This document shows, one piece after another, positions 26,219 through 39,470 of a stretch of 64,000 nt of DNA. Origin of the DNA: Massalongia carnosa (Eukaryota). The notes under the pieces were generated by a model. The model ran no database searches. It was not told the origin of the DNA and was given only the letters and a program-made list of their open reading frames with translations. The translations under genes and the position numbers were made by a program. Every line of letters begins with the position of its first letter. Position 1 is the first letter of the stretch. The stretch covers positions 1,612,001 to 1,676,000 of the forward strand of contig OZ287075.1 in assembly GCA_965645245.1 (NCBI GenBank). The letters run 5' to 3'.

Positions 26219-28553
26219 GAGCTAAAGACGTACGACACGGGTCAGCTATGTCTATCACACGGGTCTCCTTCGTCTACAACACGGAGCCCTCCGGCTGAAA
26301 GAAATAAAACATATAGACACATAGTGTAGGGTCACACCCTACACGATACAAGGGATTTGGGTTATGAAAACCATCCGATTGATGGCTACCGTGAGCAACA
26401 CGGCCCGAACCGGAGTCGTACCGGGGATGGTGGAGGCAACCTAGTCATCAAATAGGACACCCTTGGGACAAGAAGAGGGCAATATACGAGGAACCCGTTA
26501 ATTGATAACAGTCTAGGCCCTGAGCTAATAGACGAATTTCAAACGAGCACCCCTCCGAGTTGTCCTCGACTTGTTTTGGTTAGTAGGGACGGAAATCGAT
26601 ACTATACTGCCTGGTCAGGAGCATAGCTGTCGAAATCCCTGCGAGACATGGTCGGTTCATAAACGGGAGACCTTTATGAATAACGCGAAGTGGGCGTAAA
26701 AAACCCGTGAGGCGTGGTATGCAATGGCGGCCACCGTACGGAGACCGTCTGCATAGCCCGAGAGGACAGTATGCGCATGTCGGTGTATATAGAGCAGGGA
26801 ATGTCTATCTCGCTCGTAACGAGACCCCGTCGGTTCGCCGGCGCATGGGCTACGGCTAGACTCGCCCTTGATATATGCTTAAGGAGTAAACTGGGTTTGA
26901 CCTGGGCGAAAGGGACGTCGTTCACCCCAATCGTAGAATTCATCAATAGTCTTGGGCCGTAAAACGCACCAGTGAGATGAACGAAAACTGGGATAGAGAC
27001 TTCACGAAGGAGATGTCAACTCTATTTTATCATTCTTAGCCCGGCCATAACATATGGTTCTACTATATGGCACATGCCAAAGGATATAAAAAAATCGAAC
27101 GGCATCTCAAACAAGCTAGCCGTCATACAGAATAAATGCTTACGAACTATAGCTGGAGCATTTAAGGCGACCCCAATAGCGGTATTGGAAGCAGAAACGT
27201 ACATAGCTCCTATTGACATACATCTAGATCAACTTCAGACGCAGGCTAGACATCGCTTGTGTCAGGGAGGTCAAAAGAAATTCATCATCAATGCATGCAA
27301 CTCTATTGCAAACAAACTCAGAGGCCGGGCTGGACGCAAACGAGCTCCTGCGAGTACCCCGGGAATGCTGAAACACGCATGGGCCAAGAAAATAATATCG
27401 GACACACATAAAATCGCGTCGCCGGTAGCGCACCCACCATGGGCCGAACCGCCCCCGAATACAGCTCGAGAAATTGAAGAGGCGCGGGCGGCTCAAGGTA
27501 AAATAACCGCAAAAATAAAAAAACGATATATAGACGCATGGCAGACCTCATGGAAAACATATCAGAATCGCACATCTACGCCTACTCCAGCACAGGTAGC
27601 CCCACTAACCAAAAAAGGCATCAAATTACACAAAACTCTAGCCAAAGCAGAAAGCGCTCTAACTATCCAGATACGCTCAGAAAAGATAGGCCTAGCCGAC
27701 TTTCTATTTAGACGTCACGTCCCCGACGTCCTAACACCAAACTGTCCATGTGGCTGGCCGAAACAAACCGCGAAACATGTAATCATGTTTTGCAAACTTA
27801 ACAGCAACAGACAGTCAATGTTACGTTCTATAGGCACAAACAACTATCGACTAATTACCGACTCATCCAGAGCGATGAAACTAGTCACCGCTTGGTTAAT
27901 GAAGACCGGCTTACTGACTCAATTCTCAATGACAGCACAGCATTTATATCATTGACAACCACACGTCAAGTCGCTAAAAGGCGACTTTCCTTTCCTTTAA
28001 CCTGTCACCGGTCAACTATTCTTCAGATAGATCCCTCGACCGAGACTCGAAAAGTGTTCGGAGAGATGTCGGATTACTTGGTTTTTCTTCCTTAAAAGGT
28101 TTTCCATGTATTATATAATTCCATAGATTTGCCCGCATGGGCCGGCCTTCGGCCGGTACCACATCGGAATAAGAATTATCATCATCATCATCATCATCCT
28201 GATATTCTAATACAGGTTTACAATAGAGCTTTGCGTCTATTTATTTGAATTATTGAGGGGTAACTATTCTGATTCAAAAGCCAGAGATCTTTCTTCTAGA
28301 TTCACATTAGTTGAACGTGCCGAGCCTTTCTTTACTGCTACTTCTCAAAACATGAAATACTGAAAAGATCGCAAACATAACTACAATCTAAGTCTCGAGA
28401 GAAATCGATGATTGGAGATACAACGAGTACGAAATGAAAATATAATAATACAGGCGGCTGTCTTGTTAAAACGAGGAACACTATATCTACAACTTTGTGG
28501 AATGTTTATAACCATCTCCTTTTATGGAGAGGCTTTGCTTCCGCTTCTATGTA

Positions 28554-30119
28554 CGAAGGATGACGCCGAAAGTCCTTGCTAACGCTAAATATGCAGCTAA
28601 AAAAGCCACTTTACATGGGTATATTTGCATGGATAGATATTTATTATACGGTCGTACGACTCCGATCTCTCTGCCTTCTCTATACTCGTTACCTCCGTCT
28701 AACAATATCACCTCGTCAACATGTCGCTTTATACGTTCAATCCAGGACTGAATTCTTTTCTGCGTCAAATCCTCCGTCCAGCACTTTGTCCAGGCCTTTT
28801 CAGCCTCAATACGAGTCCGCGGAGCACTAATCGAATGATTCTTCGCTTCATCCAGAACCAGCAAGGCTCGATCATGTTCAGATCAGGAGAATTTCTAAGC
28901 CATAACAGACGCATGACGTTAAAATCCACAAAGATCAGATTTTGATGTTTGGATGCGTGACTGGGGGCCTTGTCTTCCTGTACGATAGTGTTTGGTCGAT
29001 CTATCATACATTCTTTTGCAAACGGAAGAAGCTTAGGAATTAAGACGAGTTTTTGATAACGATACCAGTCTACTCCTCCCTTGCCATCTCGAACGACTTT
29101 ACCGTGTGTTTTATCCCATTTCCAGATAGGTTTTCGACCTCCTGGATTACGTAGCTTCATTCGTCTCATGCTGGTTTCTAACTCTCAATTCTCTTTAGCT
29201 TCTGATTCTAAAGTCTCATTGAGTTTATCTAACTCAATTTGAGCCTCTCTTTTCTCTTTTGCGGTCTCTGTTTTCCAGATATGAAAAGGTCCTTTCTTAT
29301 CGTACGAAAAACAGCCCCAAAACAAAAACTCGGAGCATCCTTTCCATCTACGTCGAATACACGTTTTAGCATACATTTCTTTCGAGGTACGCCACTGAAG
29401 TCTTCTTCCACGTCTAGAACCCAATATAATGCTTGTTTCTTCAGTCCATGTAACGTTCTTCCAATCATCAACAGTCCAGTGCTGATATCGCAAACAAAAT
29501 TGCAGACGAGCCTCTTTCATGATCGAATCTAGACCTGGCTTTTTCGTGCTTTTACAGGGGCGAAACCCATTCTGTTTAAGCGTAGGAAGTATAGTAGTGG
29601 AGGAGAGTTTATGATCAAAGCCAATCATAGCTGATGATTTTTCTCTGCTATTTCGGTCTTGCATTACATTATTCAATATAAATTGCTCTACCTCCGGTGT
29701 AACCTTTTTAGGTCGTCCTGAACGAGGTGCATCTTCTATATATTCTACTTCTAAAACACGAGATACAGCTGGATCATATCCATGCTGTCGTGCTTTGATT
29801 TTGAGAGCTGATATCGATCTTGTGGAGACTCCAGTCACTGCTTGCACGATTTTTGCCGCAATTCCGTGTTCTACAAGCGCTAAAGCCTGTATTCTTTGTG
29901 CAATCGTGAGACTATTGCTCTGTGCATTGGGCATGATAATGATGATGATTAAAACCTTCTACTGAATATCAGATGTAGTATTACTGTCTTTTTGACGACG
30001 AGAACAGAAGCAAATTCGAGATTTTCTAGACTATTTTAGTACTATATTCCCCTTGTAAGCTAATAAACACTAATGCACGTCTCATGTACGCTAGCAAGGA
30101 CTTTCAGCGTCATCCTTCG
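28554..30119 (-). mobile_element. Tc1/mariner DNA transposon
   Basis: ~30-bp TIRs CGAAGGATGACGC(C/T)GAAAGTCCTTGCTA, TA dinucleotide on both sides (28552-28553, 30120-30121), internal transposase. Confidence 0.95.
28620..29934 (-). pseudogene. Disrupted Tc1-family DDE transposase
   Basis: HTH region and RSGRP linker, WTEETS (first catalytic Asp reads as Glu), VQEDKAPSH, SPDLNMIE; in-frame stop at 29185-29187 and a frameshift near 28820. The 3' end is approximate. Confidence 0.88.
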
Positions 30120-30168
30120 TACCCCTTAAAGGTATCGCAGGCTTCATTTAAAAAGTTGACAGTTTAAG

Positions 30169-32586
30169 TAGGGCTAGGATATGTATTAAACATGTTTATT
30201 GACTAACCCGATCGGGAAGTGTTTAATACGTGTCAGTTGGCCCAACTGACAGACACAGGGATTAGCTACAGGGGGGGCGGAAGAAGCGGGAAGATAGAAA
30301 GTGGGGAAAAGATACTTTATTTTGTTAGCAATTTGCGTACAATTTTATGTACTACTAGCTAGGTGTTTATCCAAGCTCTCGTCGCATCACCAAATATCGT
30401 TTGACTCGCCGGTCTTTCGATGATGACATGGACGTATCAGATAAAGAGATCTCTTCTTGCAGTAGTCTATCCTCCATCTCACAAAGATCCGTCTCATTGA
30501 TGTCGATGCCAGCAAACTGAAGCTTGCTTTTGAAATCTGTTGGCCGATTAAGAGTACACTCATTCATGTAAATAAACATGAGTTTATCGACATTGATGGA
30601 ATGTAGAGAGTTCCGACTTTTGGTCATGATCAAATTCATGACCGACCAATTTCTTTCTGCCAGCACCGAATTAGCAGGCAGCATTATTACCTTTCTAGCT
30701 ATGTTGCTGAGATCAAAAGCAAAGCTTCTGGAAAAGTTCCAAAACAGCTCCGAATCCGTTTGATATGTCCAGCATTCGGAGGCAGGATAAAAACCGTCTT
30801 CTTGATTTCGAAAAGAAAGCCATTGCTTCATTGCCGACTTTGCTTCTTCAACGTTCAGATATTCAGCAAAGAATCTATGCATGATAGAGAAAAATGCCTG
30901 CGACGTGGATACTCCAATCACCTGAATGTTATGATTCTGAGGAACCAACAGAGCTGCTACCACATGAAGTTCAGTTATTTGACTGAGATATCGATCTTCC
31001 CAAACTATCTCTGCAATGTGATGCAAATCCATCTCAGAATCTTCATCCTCTTTGGCCATTGTATATAGGTAAGATCGAAGCCTGTTCCAATTGGCAGTCA
31101 CCGCGTACAGTTTATGCCCCTCGGCCTCGGACATGTATTGTGCTTTATGTATGGGATCAAGAATTTTCTGTACGATGGCCAGCTTTTTCCAAAACGAGAA
31201 GTCGTTGACGAATGTTCCTAAAGGATGACTTCTGCCCTGATCAATGCCCGGAGCATTTTGCTGAAAAATAATCCAAAATTGCCTGCTTGCTTTTTAGCAC
31301 CGAGTTCAAAAGGCCTACAGTCGTACCCCATCTGGTCAAAACGTTGAGAATCAGTGATTGACGTCGATTGTATGCCTTTGAAAGTTATAAATTAGCAATG
31401 ACGTTTTGATGCCGCATTGAAATTTCATTCCTACTTACCTTCATCTGAAAATTCCATAGAATGGCCAATTCTTTATTCGATCCACGAAAAGCTATCACTA
31501 TCGACTGAGCTTTTTGCATGATGTCTGCAAAAAAAGGAAGCTTCAAAATGTCTCCCAAAAGAAGCTGTAAACCGTGACTGTCGCAAGGAACGAAAAAGAC
31601 GTGTCTCATCTCAGGAAACTTTCGAATTTCAGACCACATGGCCTTCATAGTAGAGCAAGTATCTGTTCCTATACAATTGACTCTCCAGAGCTGATTATTG
31701 GTCGCTTCTCTACAGCCTTTTATCATCCACTCAGCTTGAACAGCTGCAGTCATCGTCTCAGCGATGCCGGCCATTGCTTTTAAATGAAAGCCCCCCCCTC
31801 GAGAGGTAGCTGATGAAGGGACATGACAACAGAGATTAATAACCCGTTCCTTCTTAATGTTGGCCGTTTCGTCGGTAAAGAAGTTGAGATACTTAACTGC
31901 AGGCATCTAACTGCTGATTTACTTTCAGTTTAACCGTCTCATAGGCGTCGTCCAATAAGTTCCCGCCAACGAGCTTATGATGTGGAGGTTTATATCCAGG
32001 ATGCAGTGCTTGATGATGAGCAATCACATAGGGATTTTCGAAGTGGTTAAACGGAAGATTGGTCATAAAGACGGACATTGCAGCAGCGCGATGAGCATGC
32101 GCAACTTGGGCTTGATTTAAGGGACGAATCAAAGGGGTGATGGGCAATTGAATCAAAGATTTGCTGCTCCTAGAAGACGTCTCTTGCTGTCTTCTTTTTT
32201 GCACTTCTTGAAAGGCATTGCATGCCTGCAAATGCTGCTGACCCCTGGTAGCAACTTTGGCAGACTAATATCCGCAATGCGTACAACGATGCTGAGGGTA
32301 TTTCATGCCTTCAATGATGACATCAACGAAATTCTCATCTACCAATGCATTTTTCGGTCGACCGCCAGAATGTCCAGATTGTCGAGACATGATCAATGTA
32401 TGTATAGAGATAATAGGAAGGTACCTCAAATTAGGTAGAAATGTCTAGTAATTTCAGGTATTGATCTATGAGAAAGATATATTTGACATGCTTAAGTAAT
32501 ATTATACCAAAAAGACAGGGTCCAAGTCTGCACGTGACGTATAATACGTGTCAGTTGGCCCAACTGACGTATTTTTCCTAGCCCTA
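30169..32586 (-). mobile_element. hAT-superfamily DNA transposon
   Basis: 11-bp TIR TAGGGCTAGGA; 8-bp TSD AGTTTAAG (30161-30168, 32587-32594); subterminal palindrome GTCAGTTGGCCCAACTGAC near both ends. Confidence 0.95.
30367..32390 (-). pseudogene. Disrupted hAT transposase (BED finger, DUF659-like core, dimerization domain)
   Basis: ATG at 32390, CTHC...H...C BED finger with an internal stop, FFTDET, GTDTC, VPCDSHGLQLL, TRWGT, PANSVLAERNWS; several frameshifts. Confidence 0.88.
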
Positions 32587-35500
32587 AGTTTAAGCACCCG
32601 ACCCTAGAAAGATTAAACTTTAAATCTTCACATATTTCATGATCCGACATTGATAAAAGATACTTTAGACAACCAATAAAAATAAATTCTCCGAATTTTG
32701 TTTGAGCATTCAGACCCACAACTCAAGCAGTTATATTTTATCTTCATCTAAATATATAAAAAGGCTCGAGGTACTTAGATTCAGTTAATGTCTCCAATGT
32801 TTCCATTATCCAATATATCGGCATTTCTTGAAATGTACCCAACCGAGTTCGATAGAACCATGATAACCAATCTACTAACTACGATAGTATGTATAACCCC
32901 TTGAAAAGCTTAGTCTCGATACCAGACAGATTTGGGCTCTTCTCCCGGTCAGGATATTTGCGATGCAGGCCGTGAGTCTAATATGAACCTTCTCGGCAGT
33001 AGAGAGACCTCTTTCTTGCACTTCCAGTGTGAGCGGGCCTCACATTTTGTTCGAAACCCGTGATTTCGAGGGCCTCGAAAGACTAATCGTCCCCCCTACA
33101 ATAGAGACTCGTGAACAAACGTATACCTTCTCATGGTCTTTTGCGTTTTTACAATGCTTTGGTACAATTAGGTCACGAAATATTTGAAACCAAAACCGGG
33201 CGTTGTCGACATGCAGTGGGTTATGGTTCTAGATGAGTTTGCTTTTTTGAGTTTCATTGAGGACTTCAAGTATGTGCTCGCAGCTTGGAAGACAGTTAAA
33301 ACTTCGAGGATAGATGAGGATAGTGTTGGAAAGTAGAAGAGCTGTCCTCAAATTGCTCCTGTTCTTTGTGGGCCTTTCTACTCTCATAATCAGGGTCATA
33401 TCCGGGTTCAAGTGACAGCTATATCTATCCATAACTCACCCTAAGACCCGATTAGCTGAACTTTACGAATAAGGCGGGGAGACTATTCGCTTAGTCCTCG
33501 AGTTACTGAAGTTGGAAAAATCTACTGGCTTGATCCTAAATAGATTTCGTTGTAATCTTAGAATCCAGGAAGGCGCGCTAGGAACGAATCTATATATTAT
33601 TGATTCGTGCTCATGCTTTTATATTTCCCTCCTCACTCTAAGATCTTATATTATACTTGAATCAATATTCATACTTATTATTACGGATCAATATAAAATC
33701 AACTCTGCTAGACGGCGGGGTCACTTGTCCACCGCAGTGTAGCACGTAGAGCTCGCTGCAGCGATGGTCTATGCGGCTGAACGGTTTTCGGAGGGAGAGG
33801 ACGTTCCGAAAAGTATTTTTTAGCAAGGGGTAAGATTCCTCCCTGGTTATGGTGGTCGAGCTGACTTTTGTTAGGTATTGGATAGCCTAGCTATGCTTCG
33901 CCATCATGTTCAGCTTCCTACAACGTTCTTGAGATCTGTAGAATATCTGGTTGGTATCATACGTTATAACAGGTTTTTTGTGGTTTCACGGGGGAGATTG
34001 TTGCCGCTGCCGTGGGACAATTGCAGGACCCGATGCACACTCTTCTATTGGCATGGTGCATGGGATTTGCTTATGCAGGGACCGATCTTCTATGTTTTAT
34101 TGGAAATGATCGCTCAATATTTCACCGATTCCGTCGACTTCCTTTCTCATACTAACTTGTATAGATGGCCTCACCAGAACCGGACCATTCAGCTTCAACT
34201 TTCAAAGAGAGAACTGAACATTCCGCTCCAACCTGTCTTGGGGTCACATGGGCAAAAGTTTTGGAATATCACACACCCTCTTTGCGAGAGATTTCTTTCC
34301 CATCATCGGTACTGCTTGCAGCCACGGTAGACAAGAGAGGAGTTTGGCTGCAAACGGTATTCCGTATATACTTGGAAGTCAGGTATCGAGGAGGCTTTTG
34401 GTTCCCCTTGTGAACTCGGACTCAGGACCTTTTTCCCTACTATGTACGCTTCGATTGCTTTCCAGGCTTTTCTAGAAATAGATATGCTCTTAGCTCATGC
34501 TGCTGATATTGTGCTATAACATCCGTTGCTCACTTCTGGCATTTTCCTAGAGTACCGAGAAAACGTGGCCGAGTCTTGACTTGGAGTTGATTCTCTTACT
34601 CTTCTGCATTAGATCCGGGTAAGAAAGCCAACTAGAAACAAAGTCAACAAAAAATGATGATTAGACTGATGCCATCTTCACCCAAAGAATAGTGCTAAAA
34701 TTAAACCGAGGGAGGTGCTGTGCTTGTCCTTCGAGTGTTTTCTCTCTCTAAAGGTTAAGTTTGAAACGCAAAATGTACTGGAGGACTTGCCTGAAGTAAT
34801 TAAAGATCCTTCGGCGGTCGGCAATAGAAATTAATGAAAGAATATTTTATGGCATATTGAAGATGTATCAAAAAGTATATACCTATGAAATGATGGACAT
34901 TGTTCGAAAGCGCGATGTCAAAAAAGAAACAAATAAGGGGCAGAATGATTGAGTTTCGGTTCGGCATTCCCTAATGATTCTTATTTGAAAACCTGAAAAC
35001 CCGATTTTTCTTGACTACTTTAAATTTAACGTCTTGATTATGGTGCTCTCATGGTATGCATCAAAGCGTGCATTGAATACTTCGGCATGTAGCAAGATCT
35101 TTAGGTGTTCAGGAGGCACGCACGCAGGTTAGACGCATACAGGTTTTGATAGTGTATTCTTGGTAAATTCAATGCGCCCATTCATGCGAAGCTTTCCTTA
35201 ATACGATCAAACAGATCCCAGCGCCCCTCAAGCCCTGATAGCTGGCGGTGTTCAAAAAGGACTCGAAACTGGTTGAGGATTTTAAAGTGAGATCCTGTAG
35301 AAGAGGTTTCAAAGAAGAAAACAGAAACCGAGGAGCATCGTCAAATCATTTGTTTAAGCCTGGTAGAGCTTACCTCCCCACCCCCATTAAGGGTCTGTCT
35401 GTGTTCATATCACCAATACTGATTTGATAATGCCTGCAAGCTATGTCTTAGATGGCGCTTGCATGGACGAGCATTTCTGTTCTTATTAGAGTTTGCCTTG

Positions 35501-35879
35501 TCAAATTGTTCATCGCCTGAGATGGGTACAACAAATTTAGGGTCAGTTCTGGAAATGGCAAGGTCAATGAAGTTGTGAACAAGGGAACTGCAACTCTTAT
35601 GAGTGAGGCGGCCTATAAAGCTAAGACATGCCCACCTCGGTCGTATCGTGGCTCATGAGATGTAGATGAAGCCATGATTGATTGGTTCATCATGTTTGTT
35701 CTCTCCCCAATGATATAATGTTGTCCGCATTCCAAGCAAAAAGGACGTTCACATGTGTTGATGAATACTTAGAATTCCAGTTACAGTCCCCTAATCAAAC
35801 ACGATCATGTAAGTTAGCTCTCAGATATACTCCGAGCGCAACATACAATTAACCATTTTTCGATGTAGGCGCAATTAAC

Positions 35880-37200
35880 ATGAGGAAAGCGCAATAACCG
35901 AACGATTGGAGAAGCTTGAATCCATTATCACCGAAATATGCAAAGTCTCAGGCTCTCCGGGACTGTCCCTCGGTGTGATGCATGGTGGAAAGCTGATCCA
36001 CCGAGCTGATCCACCGAGCAAATTTCGGACTTCGCAATGGTAAGTCGAAGAAAGTCCCCGACTCCAATACAATGTACAGCATCAACTTGATAACCAACGC
36101 ATTGACAGCCATTACATTTGGTATTCTGGTAGAAGACGGTAAAATCAAGTGGGACACCCTGTACATACCGCCCTGGATGGTTTCGGCTGAGGACATAGCA
36201 AGATTGATGATATGATAATTGTTAAGGATCTTCTTTCACATCGTTCTGATATCATTTCGTGCAACACGTTCTTCTTTCAAAATCACAACATATTGCTGTT
36301 GGAGAAGTATGAAGCTATCATGACATTCAACTATGCCAATCAGAAGCAGGGGTTTCGTGATTCCTATCTCTATAATAACTTTGCTTATGCAGTTGCTGGA
36401 CTTGTCATTGAGCAGCTATCCGGAAAGGAGTATGGCACCTTTTTGAAAGAAAATATCTTTGACCCCTTACAATTGCCAAGGACAACTAAGGATATATTGG
36501 ATGACACCAACATTAGAAGATCTAACTCTCTTTCCCGTCTCAAGCCCTAACGTGGGCACTGGGACTTTGTTTGAAGGCGCAGCAGGCGTCAAAAGCTTTG
36601 TTAATGATCTGCTACAACTTTATAAAGCACTTCTTATCACAGTCCATGGCTACATTGAGTTAGATTCCACATCCACCGAAGATTTTCCCTTCAAGCAGTG
36701 CCCAACGCTAGTACGTGGACATAATTTTCTCGGCGGCTCATATCTTCGAGAGCATGTATATGGACTTGGTTGAGTACGTTATCAGCTTCCAGGACCATTA
36801 GGTGGGCAAGATCCCGGTCACGATTACTTACAGCTAGCTCGTGAGAGCGCGTGCCAAACACAAATCCTAGCATTTACCTTACTGCATACACTGGACGTTA
36901 CTCCAATCCAGTCAAGAGCTTCTTTGTTGAGATCTCTCTGGATGTGGATGGTCTAACCATGACTTTTCAGGGGTTTGAATCTCAACGCATCCTCTCCGTC
37001 ATTATCATTATGACACGTTCAGTTAGCAAATGACACACAATGAGGCAGCGAAGCGTGCATGACTGACGGTCAACTTCCTTCCTTCGTATTACTTGCTCAG
37101 GTTCGGAGTACAAAAGGGCAAGGTTGACTGTTTTTTCTGGACAATCGAGAACATAGATCTACTTTCTGAAAGGTTTATGAAAGAAGGGGAAACGGACTGA
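35880..37200 (+). pseudogene. Degenerate beta-lactamase-like (AmpC/serine hydrolase family) gene
   Basis: Fragments in shifting frames: PGLSLGVMHGG, GILVEDGKIKWDT, VKDLLSHRS, YLYNNFAYAVAGLVIEQLSG (YxN motif), LKENIFDPL; multiple stops and frameshifts. Confidence 0.8.
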
Positions 37201-38600
37201 CAGCTGTAAACATCATTCCTTTCGTAGCTATTACTAGATCTCCACCACCAGACAGCCTTTACGAGTTATTACGCGAAAACATCGTTTACTTGGCTTTCGC
37301 TAGCTTCTGAGGCTGCTCGAAGGCCCATACCGGGATATTTTTTCAGCGTTGGCGAGGCTAGAACAACGAGATACCATTACATCCTAGCCTTCACCATTAT
37401 TGGATCAGGTTTAAGTCTTTGCTTGTTTGGATAAGTCAGACTAGATGTCCAGAAAATCGAAAGCCGGGGTGAGGAATGTAGGAATCGGGTGATATCAGGC
37501 TACCGTATCACTCTTGAATGTGCTACAATATCCCATCAGTAATCGTGTCATATCTAGACTTGATAATTTCAGGCAACTCCAAGGCATATTCTGACTAGAT
37601 TCAGGGCGCCTTGACTGTGCAGAGAGGCACTTGATGACCAGCCTATAGCAGCCTAACCTTCATTCGGCCAGTAGGCAACTGTCAGTGCTCTTGCAGGAAG
37701 TTTTGGTGATACCATGTGATCGATTTTAATTTACTTTAATTAGCTGTTGATAGATCATTGCGTGCTTGCATGTTTTCTTATAGTAGGGATATACAATATT
37801 AGGCTCAGTTTCTATTACACAGAAATATGTAGAAAGGTCTAGGACACTTGACAAGAGTTCTAAAGGCATAACGATCAGGTCAAACAACTCACCATCATAG
37901 CTCAACGTATCGAACGGTACCCCTTGCTTCAGACAGCCAAAGTCCATTCTCATATCGAAGCCATCCTTGTTGAAGTAGAAACGTTATGCACAATTCTTGA
38001 TCAAAGCTGTTGCAGAGTACACCAAAGGATCTATTCGAAAACTCTTGTGTGCATTCAATAACCGCAAGGAGAGAGAGATTATAGCAAGCGCTGACAGGCT
38101 AGAAAGAGAAAAAGCAATCTGGTGCTGTTTATCGTTTTTATTCAGCTGGACGTCAGTGTTGCTTAGATGGATATATTGGAAAACATTCAAGGCGGTTTTG
38201 AGGGACTTGTCAAAGACACAGCAACTACGGTGTCTGAGGGGCATGTGGTCTACCATCATGAGTCTGCCACGCCCTCAATAACTCTAAGTCTTCTCGATCA
38301 GCATCTACTGTGTAATGCTTGTGGCGCTTCGTGGACGTGGAGGAACATCTTGATTTTTACTCATAGTTTTGAAGCCCAGCACAGAAAACGTTAAGAGCCG
38401 AACAACTTCCAGTTATAGTGACCTATTGGTCAGTCCACAAGCCCGACGCCCGGATTCCGTGTGGTACCTGATTGGAAGCAGAGCAATTCCACAAGGACAC
38501 GGTGTGTCTTGTAACCGCACTTTGTGTAAATAATATTCAAAGCAGTAAGATTGCTAACATTGCCTCTGCCCAGACTTAATCGTCAGCTCACCATCAAGCG

Positions 38601-38648
38601 ATACCGAAGTAGAGCATACCGAAGCAGAGCATACCGAAGCAGAGCATC
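38601..38648. repeat. 15-bp tandem repeat (ATACCGAAGCAGAGC) x3
   Basis: Three consecutive copies visible. Confidence 0.8.
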
Positions 38649-39470
38649 AACAGTCAAAGGATGAAGATATACGCCCCAGAGCTACTCCTGGAGAAACACA
38701 TCATAACTTCATCAAGCCACGAAGCTACAAAAACGCATGTCAGCACAACGGGGACTTACTTGCGGAAAACTCGAAAACGTACCACCTCAGCCATCGCCAT
38801 CGTTACGAAGGGTCTTATACGACAGATGATAGCATCCAAGTCAACGGAAACGTTAGCAACTCAGACGCCATCAAGTTTTTTTTTTGCCGCGCGTCTGAGC
38901 TCATCAGATGTACACGGCCATACAGAGTAGTTCACTGGCCGTACATTAACTAAGGGTAGTTGCAGGGCTAAGTATCAAATGGTTGTTTCCATATTATTCG
39001 AACAGCTCATATTTTTACCCCCAACTCGAAGAGTATTTTCTCTGACGATAGGACGTCTGGATTTTTGGCTTCGAGGATGAATCTTGATTTACTCAGATTG
39101 GAAATTGGTTTAGCTATCAAGTCTTCATAACCTGCAATGCCCAGATGAAGGTTAAATTGAAATCCTAGTAACTTTTTATATGTACTGAATGTCCTCTTCT
39201 CCCTCAATGAATCACCATCCCTTACGGTAACATTTGATAGCAACCTCGAGGGGTATTACATCAAAAGCAGGATGCTTTGCTTGTTGCTAAGGTTTAATAT
39301 ACAAAGTTTCGCTATTATGAATATATGATATTAGTGTTGATTCCTTCATCTTCGTAGGATTCCATTTCGATTGATCATCGGATAGTGAACGGTCGACGAC
39401 GCTTTCAGCTTAAGAACGTTAGCACTTTGAGAGCCATCATACAGGAATGTCTTACATATTGTTCCTCAGG

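Larger units (their letters stand above)
25225..28196 (+). mobile_element. Chimeric retro-insertion: ~1.8 kb unrelated 5' segment fused to the 3' ~1.15 kb of a Tad1-like LINE
   Basis: LINE ORF2 homology starts near 27039 (ORF 27074-27955 with CPCGWPKQTAKHVIMFC finger); conserved 3' hairpin at 28131-28157; CAT tail; 12-bp direct repeat TCCTGATATTCT at 25213-25224 and 28197-28208. Confidence 0.75.

Noticed and set aside
33076..33089. 14-nt match (CGAAAGACTAATCG) to LSU rRNA
   Set aside because: Flanks show no rRNA similarity, so this is consistent with chance.
37726..38400. Collinear minus-strand ORFs separated by one stop (possible gene relic)
   Set aside because: No recognisable domain, so no product can be supported.
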